From Desulfomonilia bacterium (lineage in GTDB: Bacteria; Desulfobacterota; Desulfomonilia; UBA1062): 64,000 nucleotides of DNA. Below, one piece after another: positions 38,373 to 47,881 of this stretch (positions within the stretch are counted from its first letter, which is position 1; each line of letters begins with the position of its first letter). The translations under genes were made by a program, and so were the position numbers. The stretch lies in NCBI GenBank assembly GCA_050014195.1, contig JBEKDT010000006.1, positions 1-64,000 on the forward strand, in the 5' to 3' direction. A model generated the notes under the pieces. That model was given only the letters and a program-made list of their open reading frames with translations. It had not been told where the DNA came from and did not search any database.

Positions 38373-39881
38373 ATGGGTATATCAAGTTCGTTATATTCCG
38401 GAATCAGCGGTCTTGACGTGATGAGTCAGGCCATGGGTGTCATCGGTAGTAATATAGCCAACGTGAACACCATCGGCTTTAAATCGAGCACCGCAACGTT
38501 TCAGGATGTCTTGGCGCAGTCCGTGGCAACGGCATCGGGGACGTCACAGATCGGGCGAGGCACGCAATTGGGCACAATTACTCCGCAGTTCGTGCAGGGC
38601 TCTTTCCAGTCCACCTCAAACGCCACGGATCTGGCCATAGGCGGCAACGGTTTCTTCATCGTCTCTCCCAAGAATGAAAATACCGAATTCTATACCAGGG
38701 CCGGTGGTTTCAATTTCGATTCGGCAGGCAACTTCGTCAACTCTTCAGGGGATGTGGTCCAGGGGTGGGCACTCGATACGAACGGCAATGACGTGGGGAC
38801 CTTGACGGGCATCAAACTGAACTCGTTCACCTCTCCTCCGTCAGCTACTACCCAGCTCACTGCCATCACGAACCTCAACAGCACCGCCACCTCGAATTCC
38901 ACAAGTCTCTTTGGAGCATGGAATGGACAAGACTCCACTGCTCCAATCGCGGATACATCCTACGGCTATTCGACCACAGAGAAGGTTTATGACTCACAGG
39001 GTAATTCACATGATGTCACCATCTACTATGACAAGCTGAATGCCGCCAGCGAATACGCTTCCGGTGCAACCGATCCCGATAATACCTGGCAGTACATCGT
39101 GACCTGCAACCCTGCTGACGACCTCAGGACGGGATTCGCCGGTACAGCAGAACAGGGGATTCTCATGAGGGGGACCCTCTCCTTTAATCCCACGACCGGT
39201 GATGCCTCGTCCATAAGTGCGTTTTCCGACGACAGCGGCGCCGACCCAACACAAGCGGCCAACTGGACACAGGCAAGTTTCTCCTCAACAGGAGACCCCG
39301 AGTTCACCACTCAGTTTGTCTCGGGTGTCAACCAGACTGTTTCAATCGACACGGGTCTCCGCAGTACGAGCGGGACATGGAATGCCGGAGGTGCGGCCAA
39401 TGTCGGCGCCATTACAGCCCTTGCTCCCTTGCCGACATCCACCTGGCAGCCGGAGGCCCAGACGTCAACCCAGTATGCTGCTGCATCCTCCACTAACTAC
39501 CAGACCCAGGACGGATATGGCCCAGGATTCCTGAACAGCATTTCGGTGGATACCAATGGCGTCATGTCCGGCAGTTACAGCAACGGCCAGATCCTGAAAC
39601 TCTTCCAGGTAGGCCTTGCCAAGTTTAACGATGAGCAGGCGCTTACCGATGTGGGCAACAGCCTCTGGAGCGCAAACAGTGCATCCGGTGCTGCCATAAC
39701 CGGTAGTCCTGGTAACAACGGACTGGGCAGCATCTCAGCCGACTCGCTGGAACAGTCCAATGTGGACATCGCCACCGAGTTCGTCAATATGATCACTACC
39801 CAGCGGGGGTATGAGGCGAACTCAAAGGTCATTACCACGGTCGATACCATGCTCCAGGATCTTATCAACATCATACGGTAA
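38373..39881 (+). CDS. flgE: Flagellar hook protein
   Basis: SGL, NIANVNTIGFK, DLAI.GNGFF, YTRAG, LEQSNVD..TEF..MI.TQR.YEANSK. Confidence 0.95.
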   Translation: MGISSSLYSGISGLDVMSQAMGVIGSNIANVNTIGFKSSTATFQDVLAQSVATASGTSQIGRGTQLGTITPQFVQGSFQSTSNATDLAIGGNGFFIVSPKNENTEFYTRAGGFNFDSAGNFVNSSGDVVQGWALDTNGNDVGTLTGIKLNSFTSPPSATTQLTAITNLNSTATSNSTSLFGAWNGQDSTAPIADTSYGYSTTEKVYDSQGNSHDVTIYYDKLNAASEYASGATDPDNTWQYIVTCNPADDLRTGFAGTAEQGILMRGTLSFNPTTGDASSISAFSDDSGADPTQAANWTQASFSSTGDPEFTTQFVSGVNQTVSIDTGLRSTSGTWNAGGAANVGAITALAPLPTSTWQPEAQTSTQYAAASSTNYQTQDGYGPGFLNSISVDTNGVMSGSYSNGQILKLFQVGLAKFNDEQALTDVGNSLWSANSASGAAITGSPGNNGLGSISADSLEQSNVDIATEFVNMITTQRGYEANSKVITTVDTMLQDLINIIR

Positions 39882-39898
39882 CACTTAAAGAGCCGATC

Positions 39899-39938
39899 CC
39901 TTCGGGCGTCCGGGATTCCCGGCCCGGATGCCCGAAGG
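39899..39938 (+). terminator. Strong hairpin after flgE (terminator or mRNA-stabilising stem)
   Basis: CCTTCGGGCGTCCGGG / CCCGGATGCCCGAAGG, 16-bp stem with one G-U; weak U-tract. Confidence 0.55.
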
Positions 39939-40030
39939 CGTCAAATTTATGACTTGTCCAGTCAGGATCTTCAGTACCATATAACCTCTATCTTATTGAA
40001 AACAAAGGCATAGTTAATAGTACTCCCTCG

Positions 40031-40046
40031 TGGCACACCCCTTGCT
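40031..40046 (+). promoter_or_regulatory. sigma54 (-24/-12) promoter of the motA-fliR operon
   Basis: TGGCAC-ACCCC-TTGCT, 44 nt upstream of the motA ATG. Confidence 0.85.
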
Positions 40047-40090
40047 TTCCTGGGTGCAGTATCCCAGATTGTACGCAGTAAGGGGTTTGT

Positions 40091-40870
40091 ATGGATCTTG
40101 CGACGATTATTGGTGTGTTCGTGGCCTTCGGAATGGTCTTCATGGGGATCATATCCGGAAGCCCGTTGACCCTGTTTATTGATATCCCGAGTGTAATGAT
40201 CACCATCGGAGGGACCTTCGGGATCATCTTCATCAATTACCCCTTGCGGGATGTATTCGGGGTCTTTGGTGTTATCAGGAATGTCTTTTTCACCCAGCAT
40301 CGCGAGGTACACGGATTGATCCCCATCTTCGTCGATTTTGCTTCCCGGGCGCGCCGGGAAGGGATCCTCGCCTTGGAGAGCCTTGCAGAAGAGCTCAGGG
40401 ACCCGTTTTTTAAGCAGGGTCTGGAACTCGTTATCGACGGACTTGAACCCCAGTCGATCCGCGAAATCCTGGAGACCGAGATCGACCACATCGAGCGTCG
40501 CCACACAAGGGGCGCAGACATCCTCAATTCTTTAGGCACGTTCGCCCCGGCCATGGGTATGCTTGGTACGCTCATCGGGCTTATCCAGATGCTGCAATCC
40601 ATGTCGGACCCGTCAACCATCGGACCATCCATGGCTGTGGCGCTCATAACTACCTTTTATGGCTCTATCATGGCGAACCTGATTGCCCTGCCCATGGCGG
40701 GCAAGCTCACCATGCGTTCCAGGGAGGAGGTTGTTGAGAAGGGCATGATCATCGAGGGTATCATGTCCATCTCGGCAGGCGACAACCCCAGGATCGTGGA
40801 GAGGAAGCTCCATTCTTTCCTTGCCCCGGCGCTCAGAGAGCCGGTGATAGGCCGTATACGCGGTGAATAG
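40091..40870 (+). CDS. motA: Flagellar stator A subunit (MotA/PomA)
   Basis: RREGILALE, APAMGMLGTLIGL, ALITTFYG, GDNPR. Confidence 0.95.
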   Translation: MDLATIIGVFVAFGMVFMGIISGSPLTLFIDIPSVMITIGGTFGIIFINYPLRDVFGVFGVIRNVFFTQHREVHGLIPIFVDFASRARREGILALESLAEELRDPFFKQGLELVIDGLEPQSIREILETEIDHIERRHTRGADILNSLGTFAPAMGMLGTLIGLIQMLQSMSDPSTIGPSMAVALITTFYGSIMANLIALPMAGKLTMRSREEVVEKGMIIEGIMSISAGDNPRIVERKLHSFLAPALREPVIGRIRGE

Positions 40871-40872
40871 CA

Positions 40873-41661
40873 ATGGCCAGAAAAAAAGTTGTCTATATCG
40901 AGAAGCCCATGAACGTGACGATGTACCTGTTGGCATCCCTCTTTCTCTTCCTGCTCACGTTCTTCGTCATCTTGAGCTCTGTGAGCGTTATGGACAATAA
41001 ACGACAGAAAATGGCCATCGGCTCGGTCAGGGGGGGCTTTGGTATACTGCCCGGCGGCAGGAGCCCTTTTTCATCCACAGGCCCCAAGAATATCCTTCCC
41101 CAGAGCCCTCCTATGGAGAGAGGCCTGATGGACCTCCAGAGCATCCATAACTCCCTTGCCGACACCGGGATCATCAGCGGTATCAGCGTGACAGGGGGAA
41201 GGCTCGGGGCGACCATCACCATCAAGTCACCCATCCTCTTCGAGGGGCAGACCGACGTATTCAGCAAGGACAGCCAAGCTGTGCTGGCAGCCATAGCCAA
41301 GATCATCTCGCAGGTGGATAACCAGGTCATCATAACAGGGCATACGGATTCCGTCCCTGTGGAGGCACCACCCTTCTATTCAAACTGGGGGCTTTCAGCA
41401 GCCAGGGCATTGGCAGTTCTTTCCTATTTCGAGGGCAAGGGCATCAAAGGCAGCCGCCTCTGCGCCTACGGTATGGGCGCAGGCAGGCCGATTGCCACCA
41501 ACAGCACGGAAGAAGGCAGGAAGCTCAATAGGCGGGTAGAGATAACCATAGTCGGCGAAGTCCCGGAAGAGGTCGACCTCAAGGGGCTCAAGCAGACCCG
41601 TGGGGAGTGGCTGCGCTCCATATTCTATAAAGGGTTTAACTTCGAATTGGAAGAGCAGTGA
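40873..41661 (+). CDS. MotB-like OmpA-domain protein lacking the TM Asp
   Basis: One TM (LLASLFLFLLTFFVIL), OmpA motifs GHTD, NWGLS.ARA, NRRVEI. Confidence 0.85.
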   Translation: MARKKVVYIEKPMNVTMYLLASLFLFLLTFFVILSSVSVMDNKRQKMAIGSVRGGFGILPGGRSPFSSTGPKNILPQSPPMERGLMDLQSIHNSLADTGIISGISVTGGRLGATITIKSPILFEGQTDVFSKDSQAVLAAIAKIISQVDNQVIITGHTDSVPVEAPPFYSNWGLSAARALAVLSYFEGKGIKGSRLCAYGMGAGRPIATNSTEEGRKLNRRVEITIVGEVPEEVDLKGLKQTRGEWLRSIFYKGFNFELEEQ

Positions 41662-42380
41662 TGGCAAAGAAAGACAAAGACGTCATATATGTCAAGATGC
41701 CCAGTCGTTTGAACTGGATGACCACGTTCTGCGATATGCTTACCATACTGCTCTGTTTCTTCGTGCTGATCATCTCCATGTCTTCCATGGAGAGCAAGGC
41801 ACTCAGGAACACATTCGGATTTTTCAACTCTGTTGTGGGACCACTCGAATTTCCCCAGCAACATGAGGTGATGGTGGCTCAGCCTGTGGTAAGAGTTGCC
41901 CCCAACATCATGCAGCTTGATGCCGGGAATCTTAACAGGAGCCTGATGATTTCCTTGAAAAAGCTCAACGTCGTGGGAACTCCCGGCCGGGGCACGGATT
42001 TTGGCGAGGTCAAAGAGACATACCGGGGTTTTGCCATCCAAGTGCCCGATGATATCGTATTCGATAACAGTGCCACTACGGTGAGGAAAGACGCAGAGCC
42101 GGTAATCAAGGGGATTGCCGATGCCATCAGAGGCTTGGATGTCACCATCGCAATCGAGGGCCACACCGATAATCTCGGGAATGAGGGTACGAACTGGAAA
42201 CTCTCGCTGCAAAGGGCCATCAGTATTGCCGACTTCTTTGTCTATAACCAGGGAATGAGCCCTGAGAAGCTCTGCGTTGCGGGATACGGGTCCACGAAGC
42301 CCATTGCCACCAATGAGACCGAGGGGGGCAGGGCCAAGAATAGACGGGTGGAGATCATCCTTTTGAAAGACCGTATATAG
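41658..42380 (+). CDS. motB: Flagellar stator B subunit
   Basis: WMTTFCDMLTILLCFF with the conserved Asp; GHTD, NWKLS..RA, NRRVEI. Confidence 0.92.
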   Translation: MMAKKDKDVIYVKMPSRLNWMTTFCDMLTILLCFFVLIISMSSMESKALRNTFGFFNSVVGPLEFPQQHEVMVAQPVVRVAPNIMQLDAGNLNRSLMISLKKLNVVGTPGRGTDFGEVKETYRGFAIQVPDDIVFDNSATTVRKDAEPVIKGIADAIRGLDVTIAIEGHTDNLGNEGTNWKLSLQRAISIADFFVYNQGMSPEKLCVAGYGSTKPIATNETEGGRAKNRRVEIILLKDRI

Positions 42381-42389
42381 GAGGACCAC

Positions 42390-42929
42390 ATGGCAGATGA
42401 GGAGAAACAAGAGAAAAAAGAACAGAGCCCGGCAGGGAAAAAGAAATTCCCTGTGATGATCATCGTTATCGTGCTCGCTGTTGTCCTTGTTTTGGGCGGT
42501 GCAGCGGCCGGGTACTTCATGTTCATCGGACCCAAGGCGAAGGCATCAGGAAAGGAAGGAGCCGTCAAGGAAGTGAAACATGAACAGACAAAGGAAAGGG
42601 GCTCCGGCGAAGGTGAAGGCGGGGCATCGGGGCTCATGAAGCAGCTCGACCCCTTCATCGTCAACCTTGCCGACGCCCAGGGACAGCGATACCTCAAAGC
42701 GGTCATGCAGGTCGAGGTGGACAACCCTTCAGTGGAGGGCGAGATCCAAGGCAAGCTGCCCCAGATACGGGATGAGATCCTTATGATCCTTTCCAACAAG
42801 ACTTTTGACGATGTGTCTACAACTTCGGGCAAACATATGGTCAAGCGTGAGATCGCCGCAGCAGTGAACAAGTATTTAACGACCGGTCAGGTGACGCAGG
42901 TCTATTTTACGGAATTCGTAGTCCAGTGA
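42390..42929 (+). CDS. fliL: Flagellar basal-body protein FliL
   Basis: TM, FIVNL, RYLK, IRD, VYFTEFVVQ. Confidence 0.93.
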   Translation: MADEEKQEKKEQSPAGKKKFPVMIIVIVLAVVLVLGGAAAGYFMFIGPKAKASGKEGAVKEVKHEQTKERGSGEGEGGASGLMKQLDPFIVNLADAQGQRYLKAVMQVEVDNPSVEGEIQGKLPQIRDEILMILSNKTFDDVSTTSGKHMVKREIAAAVNKYLTTGQVTQVYFTEFVVQ

Positions 42930-42938
42930 GGTTATGAA

Positions 42939-43928
42939 ATGGGACAGATTCTGACCCAGGAAGAGGTTGATGCCCTATTAAAAGGCGTTGTCGGCGGAGA
43001 TATTGCCACAGAAACGGATTTACCGCCTACTGATGACAGCCAATTACAGCGCTTCGACTTTGCTGCGCAGGATAAGGTCGTCCGGGGACGGATGCCTTCG
43101 CTGGATGCAATCCATGACCGGTTCGCCCGATTTTTCAGGAATACGCTCTCCAGCATGCTCAGGAAGATGGTGGACATCACGCCGGTATCACTCGATACCA
43201 TTAAGTTCGGGAACTTCATGCGCTCATTGCCGGTGCCGTCGAGCATCCACATCATCCGGGTGGATCCGCTACGGGGCAATGCCCTGGTGATCGTGGAGAC
43301 CAAGCTTGTATTTGCCCTTATCGACAGCTTCTTCGGTGGGAAAGGGGCCGGGAACATGAAGATTGAAGGCAGGGAGTTTACGGCCATCGAACAGCGCATG
43401 CTCAACAAGGTGGTGCATGCCGCCATCAAGGAACTGGCTAACTCATGGCAGCCGGTTTACGAACTTGAATTTCACTATATCCGCCCCGAGATGAATCCTC
43501 AGTTTGCCGGGATCATCCCCAATGAGGACGTGATCGTCGTGGTCCAATTCGAAGTGGAGATGGATGAGATGACGGGCAATGTCATGGTGTGCCTGCCCTA
43601 CATGCTCATAGAGCCTATCCGGGACAGGCTTTATGCGACATTCCATTCCGAGGAGAAGATGAGTGTGGACAGGGCTTGGGTCAACAGGCTCAAGAGCGAA
43701 CTCTTAGGGGTGTACGTGGATGTGGACGTGGAACTCGGTAAGAGCATGATCTCGCCACGAGATCTTTCATCACTCATGCCGGGCAATGTGCTTGTACTGG
43801 AAAAAGACATAAACGAACCGCTCGTCGTAAAAGTGCAGAACCTGCCGAAGTTCTACGCCAAGCCGGGCAGGATCAAGGATAATCTGGCAATAGATGTCGT
43901 AGAAACGATCGACAGAAAGCTCTACTAA
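42939..43928 (+). CDS. fliM: Flagellar motor switch protein FliM
   Basis: [27 protein letters not shown]. Confidence 0.95.
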   Translation: MGQILTQEEVDALLKGVVGGDIATETDLPPTDDSQLQRFDFAAQDKVVRGRMPSLDAIHDRFARFFRNTLSSMLRKMVDITPVSLDTIKFGNFMRSLPVPSSIHIIRVDPLRGNALVIVETKLVFALIDSFFGGKGAGNMKIEGREFTAIEQRMLNKVVHAAIKELANSWQPVYELEFHYIRPEMNPQFAGIIPNEDVIVVVQFEVEMDEMTGNVMVCLPYMLIEPIRDRLYATFHSEEKMSVDRAWVNRLKSELLGVYVDVDVELGKSMISPRDLSSLMPGNVLVLEKDINEPLVVKVQNLPKFYAKPGRIKDNLAIDVVETIDRKLY

Positions 43929-43938
43929 GGAGGGGTCA

Positions 43939-44430
43939 ATGACTACAGAAGAAAAGACTGCTGATACGCTCAACCAGGACGATATTGACAAGCTCATGGG
44001 CGGAGGCGGTGAAGAAAAAAAAGGAGACGGGCTCAACCAGGACAAGCTTGCCGAGGATTGGGCTGCGGCCCTTGAATCAGGAGAGGTAATCGAGGAAGGC
44101 AAGCCTTTTGATAAAACAGCCAAGAAGGCCACGTTCACTGAGTTCGAAGAGGGCAGGCATTCCGGGCCTGCAAAAGAACTCGACTTTATCCTCGACATAC
44201 CCTTGGAGGTTACCGTGGAGATGGGCAGGACACGCATGCTTATCAACGACCTCCTGCAGATCGGTCAGGGTTCGGTAATCGAGCTGAACAGGCTGGCGGG
44301 AGAGCCTCTGGACATCCTGATAAACAACAAGCTCATCGCCAGGGGGGAAGTGGTAGTGGTAAGCGAGAAATTCGGCATCAGGATCACGGACATCGTGAGC
44401 CCCTTAGAGCGGGTGAAGAGGCTGGCATGA
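43939..44430 (+). CDS. fliN: Flagellar motor switch protein FliN
   Basis: [31 protein letters not shown]. Confidence 0.95.
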   Translation: MTTEEKTADTLNQDDIDKLMGGGGEEKKGDGLNQDKLAEDWAAALESGEVIEEGKPFDKTAKKATFTEFEEGRHSGPAKELDFILDIPLEVTVEMGRTRMLINDLLQIGQGSVIELNRLAGEPLDILINNKLIARGEVVVVSEKFGIRITDIVSPLERVKRLA

Positions 44431-44807
44431 ACCCTGTGAAATCACTATTTACGCTTGCCTTTCTTTTATACTCCCTGCCGCTTTATGCTTCCGAGTCAGG
44501 CGGTATGGCCTCCACGGGCTTAAGGGCTATTGCCTCGCTTGTGCTCATCATAGCATTGATGTTTACCCTTGCCTGGGCTTTTAAGCGCTATGGACCTATA
44601 TCCAGGGTGAAAAAATCCTTCGGTCTGGACATACTTGGTCAGGTGAACCTCGGCGCAAAGGTGAATCTTGCACTCATCAGGGTGGGCAAGTCGATCCTGT
44701 TGATCGGTGTTACAGCCAATGCCGTAAGCCTTCTCAAGGACATGGAAGAGGGCGATTTCGAAAAATCCTTATCCCAAGTCACATCACAAACGGGGGCGCA
44801 TCAATGA
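44427..44807 (+). CDS. fliO: Flagellar biosynthesis protein FliO
   Basis: TM plus LLIGVT motif, between fliN and fliP. Confidence 0.85.
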   Translation: MNPVKSLFTLAFLLYSLPLYASESGGMASTGLRAIASLVLIIALMFTLAWAFKRYGPISRVKKSFGLDILGQVNLGAKVNLALIRVGKSILLIGVTANAVSLLKDMEEGDFEKSLSQVTSQTGAHQ

Positions 44808-45562
44808 GACCTGCCCGCATCGTCCTGCTAACGCTTTTAGCCTTAGTATTCATCCCCGTCCTTCTCCATGCAGCAGAAGGTGTGACCATCCCGAGCCTCA
44901 ATCTCGGGGTGAAGCAGGCAGGTAGTCCCGAGGAGGTGGTCGGTTCGCTCCAGATCCTTTTTATCCTCACCATCCTCGCGTTGGCACCTTCCATCATGAT
45001 TATGGTAACGGCATTCACCCGGATCGTTGTAGTGCTGGGGTTCCTAAGGCAGGCCCTGGGCACCCAGCAGATGCCGCCAATGCAGGTTCTTACGGCGCTC
45101 GCCATTTTTTTGACGTTTTTTGTTATGTCTCCCACCCTGGATAAAATGAACGAGCTGGCCCTTACCCCTTATAAGAATGGAAATATCACCTTTGCCCAGG
45201 CGTTGACGAATGCAGAAGGGCCGCTACGGGAATTCATGTTCAAGCAGACAAGGCAGGCCGACCTCCAACTCTTCATGAGCCTCATCACCAAAGATAAACC
45301 CAAGAATAAAGAAGAAGTGCCCACGAGGGCACTCATCCCCGCATTCATGATCAGCGAACTCAAGACCGCCTTTCAGATCGGATTCATCCTCTTCATACCT
45401 TTCCTTATCATCGACATGGTGGTCTCATCGATCCTGTTGTCCATGGGTATGATGATGCTGCCGCCGGTCATGATCTCTTTGCCTTTCAAGATAATGCTCT
45501 TTGTGCTTGTAGACGGATGGAACCTCCTTGTGGGGTCTCTTATCAGGGGGTTTGTCGGATGA
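44804..45562 (+). CDS. fliP: Flagellar export protein FliP
   Basis: FTRIVVVL..LRQALG.QQ.PP, PAF.ISELK.AF.IG, GMMMLPP, DGW. Confidence 0.96.
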   Translation: MRPARIVLLTLLALVFIPVLLHAAEGVTIPSLNLGVKQAGSPEEVVGSLQILFILTILALAPSIMIMVTAFTRIVVVLGFLRQALGTQQMPPMQVLTALAIFLTFFVMSPTLDKMNELALTPYKNGNITFAQALTNAEGPLREFMFKQTRQADLQLFMSLITKDKPKNKEEVPTRALIPAFMISELKTAFQIGFILFIPFLIIDMVVSSILLSMGMMMLPPVMISLPFKIMLFVLVDGWNLLVGSLIRGFVG

Positions 45563-45828
45563 CGCCGGAAACCGTAACAACCCTCATGGCCGAGGCCATC
45601 AAGATCACGCTCCTCGTCTCAGCACCCATGCTCATCCTGGGCCTGCTGGTGGGGCTTACCATAAGCGTTTTCTCGGCAGTCACCCAGATCCAGGAGATGA
45701 CACTCACCTTTGTACCAAAGATCTTTGTCGTGTTACTTGCCCTTCTTGTTGCGCTCCCCTGGATCATAGAGAAGCTCACAACATACACGATCAACCTGTT
45801 TAACTCCATCCCCACACTCATCAGATGA
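45559..45828 (+). CDS. fliQ: Flagellar export protein FliQ
   Basis: TQIQEMTLTFVPK; start ATG 45559 overlaps the fliP stop. Confidence 0.95.
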   Translation: MTPETVTTLMAEAIKITLLVSAPMLILGLLVGLTISVFSAVTQIQEMTLTFVPKIFVVLLALLVALPWIIEKLTTYTINLFNSIPTLIR

Positions 45829-46607
45829 ACGAGCTCTTGAAATTAGCATGGAGTGACTTTCTTTCCCTGTTCTTTATTTTTATCAGGGTCGGGACCATTT
45901 TGGCCTTAGTGCCTTTCTTCAATTCTACGGTCATCCCGAGGAGGATCACAGCCACAATAGCGCTTTTTTTAAGTCTTGTGCTCATGCCTATTGTACCGCA
46001 TGTGCAGGTGAAGCCTAGTGAACTGAACATAGTAATGTTGATGATCATCCTGATTCATGAGATGCTCATAGGGATGGCCATGGGCCTTGCCATTGATGTA
46101 ATCTATTCAGGTATCCAGATTGCTGGTGAGCTTATTAGTTTTCAAATGGGCTTCTCCATTGCGAATGTTGTGGACCCGATGAGCGGGATCTCAGCGCCCG
46201 TCATATCGAATGTGTTCTATATGACCGCCTTCCTTCTGTTCTTTACCTTCGGAGGCCACCATATTCTTATCAAAGCGCTCTTTGAAAGCTTCAGTACCAT
46301 GCCTATTGGTGATTCTTTGGTCCACCGAGAGTTCTTGATGGCAGTGGTCACCTATGCAGCCAAGATGTTTGTTATCGGGGTCAAGGTATCCGCGCCGGTG
46401 GTCGGCGTCCTTCTGCTCATCAACATATCCTTTGCCATCATCGCCAGGGCACTGCCCCAGATGAACGTGTTCATCATGGCCTTCCCGCTCACCATTGCCG
46501 TGGGGCTTGTTTTCTCTGTGCTGGTCATCAAGATGCTGCCCATGTTCATGACAAGCTCGCTGGAGCAGGCCTGGATGTTCATGAAGTCGGCAATGGCACT
46601 CTTTTAA
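45825..46607 (+). CDS. fliR: Flagellar export protein FliR
   Basis: AGE.I.FQMG, DP, GHH, R..PQMNVF...FP. Confidence 0.95.
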   Translation: MNELLKLAWSDFLSLFFIFIRVGTILALVPFFNSTVIPRRITATIALFLSLVLMPIVPHVQVKPSELNIVMLMIILIHEMLIGMAMGLAIDVIYSGIQIAGELISFQMGFSIANVVDPMSGISAPVISNVFYMTAFLLFFTFGGHHILIKALFESFSTMPIGDSLVHREFLMAVVTYAAKMFVIGVKVSAPVVGVLLLINISFAIIARALPQMNVFIMAFPLTIAVGLVFSVLVIKMLPMFMTSSLEQAWMFMKSAMALF

Positions 46608-46678
46608 AGAATAAAGATCATCCAATACCATTGATATCTCATTTTGTAAAACTACTATGAGGAAAGAGGTGTGCGGAC

Positions 46679-47449
46679 ATGAAAGTGAAAATCATAACTG
46701 CCGCCATTGCCCTCCTGATGGCCTTCCTGACAGGTTGTGCATCATTAAAACCCATCCGGCTCACAGAGGAATTCTGGCAGGAAAAGGGTAAGCGCCTAGG
46801 GGTGGCACTTGTTGTCTTACCTCCTGCCGAGATGGTGGTTAATTCGCCGCCCGCCCCGATATTCTATGGTGAACGTCCTTTTATGCCTCATAGTGATATG
46901 TGGGATTATTCTGAATATACTGAACAACAATTGCGAATGGCTGAGACGAGGCCCATACGTGATGCCTCCAAGGGACTGAATGCCCAGGAATTCGCAGTTG
47001 TACAGGGCCTCTTCGTACAAGGTCTCAAAGATAAGGGTTTTGCAGCATTCCCGGTGGATAACCGCATCGATCCGAAGTCGCTTAGGGGTTTCAAAGGCGG
47101 AGGTGGCGATGCTGTCTATGAGTCAAAAGATTTCCGGGATCTCGCCAAGACTCTAGGCGCAGATTTTCTGATAATCATCAGGCTCAAGCACTATGGAACC
47201 TTGTGTCGTTACATCGACCTGAACAATTATGAGGTAGAGGTTTATGCAGAGGTTAAGGCCGAGATGATAGAGGCTGCAACCAATAGAGTTCTGTGGAGGA
47301 CCGGTGGGAGCGAAGGACGGTTCTCCCGGACCGTAAATGCCACATGCGCTCGGCCAGACCATACGCCGATTATCTTTGATGGTTTGAAGGCACTTCTGGG
47401 AGATGCGGCAAAAGAGACTGCCGGTCAGTTCTTTTCATCGAAGCATTGA
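46679..47449 (+). CDS. Hypothetical lipoprotein
   Basis: Signal peptide with lipobox LTGC; SD GAGG. Confidence 0.75.
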   Translation: MKVKIITAAIALLMAFLTGCASLKPIRLTEEFWQEKGKRLGVALVVLPPAEMVVNSPPAPIFYGERPFMPHSDMWDYSEYTEQQLRMAETRPIRDASKGLNAQEFAVVQGLFVQGLKDKGFAAFPVDNRIDPKSLRGFKGGGGDAVYESKDFRDLAKTLGADFLIIIRLKHYGTLCRYIDLNNYEVEVYAEVKAEMIEAATNRVLWRTGGSEGRFSRTVNATCARPDHTPIIFDGLKALLGDAAKETAGQFFSSKH

Positions 47450-47506
47450 GCACTGGTAATATTATCATAAGCTCCTTATTGATTTTACCGCCTCCACGTA
47501 TTATCG

Positions 47507-47881
47507 GTGATGCATATGGAAACGATTCGATTCAGCAATGGGGTCGTGGTGGAGGTTCAGGACAAATCGTCCGTGCTCTCGGGTGACCTGTATATGGTCC
47601 ACCTGGAGATCATGACAGTTGTCACACTCGATGATCATGACATCGAGCTCAGGCACTATTGTCCCAGCGGCAGGCTCAGGATGACCAGAGTTCTCAAGAA
47701 ATCGGCAGTCCATGAGCGGGATCTTCAAGAGGTGAGAAAAGGCATAAAGGAATCCTTCCTGAATACCAACAGGCCGTACATGGAGCATCCGAAGTTCATC
47801 GGCCGGTTCAAGAACACCTGCCTCGCCACGTACCGGGAACAGGAAGAAAAGGCCAGGCAGGCCGCCATCCATGAAGAGTGA
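47507..47881 (+). CDS. Hypothetical protein, overlapping the mutS start
   Basis: 124-aa ORF with genome-like codon use, overlaps the mutS ATG. Confidence 0.7.
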   Translation: MMHMETIRFSNGVVVEVQDKSSVLSGDLYMVHLEIMTVVTLDDHDIELRHYCPSGRLRMTRVLKKSAVHERDLQEVRKGIKESFLNTNRPYMEHPKFIGRFKNTCLATYREQEEKARQAAIHEE

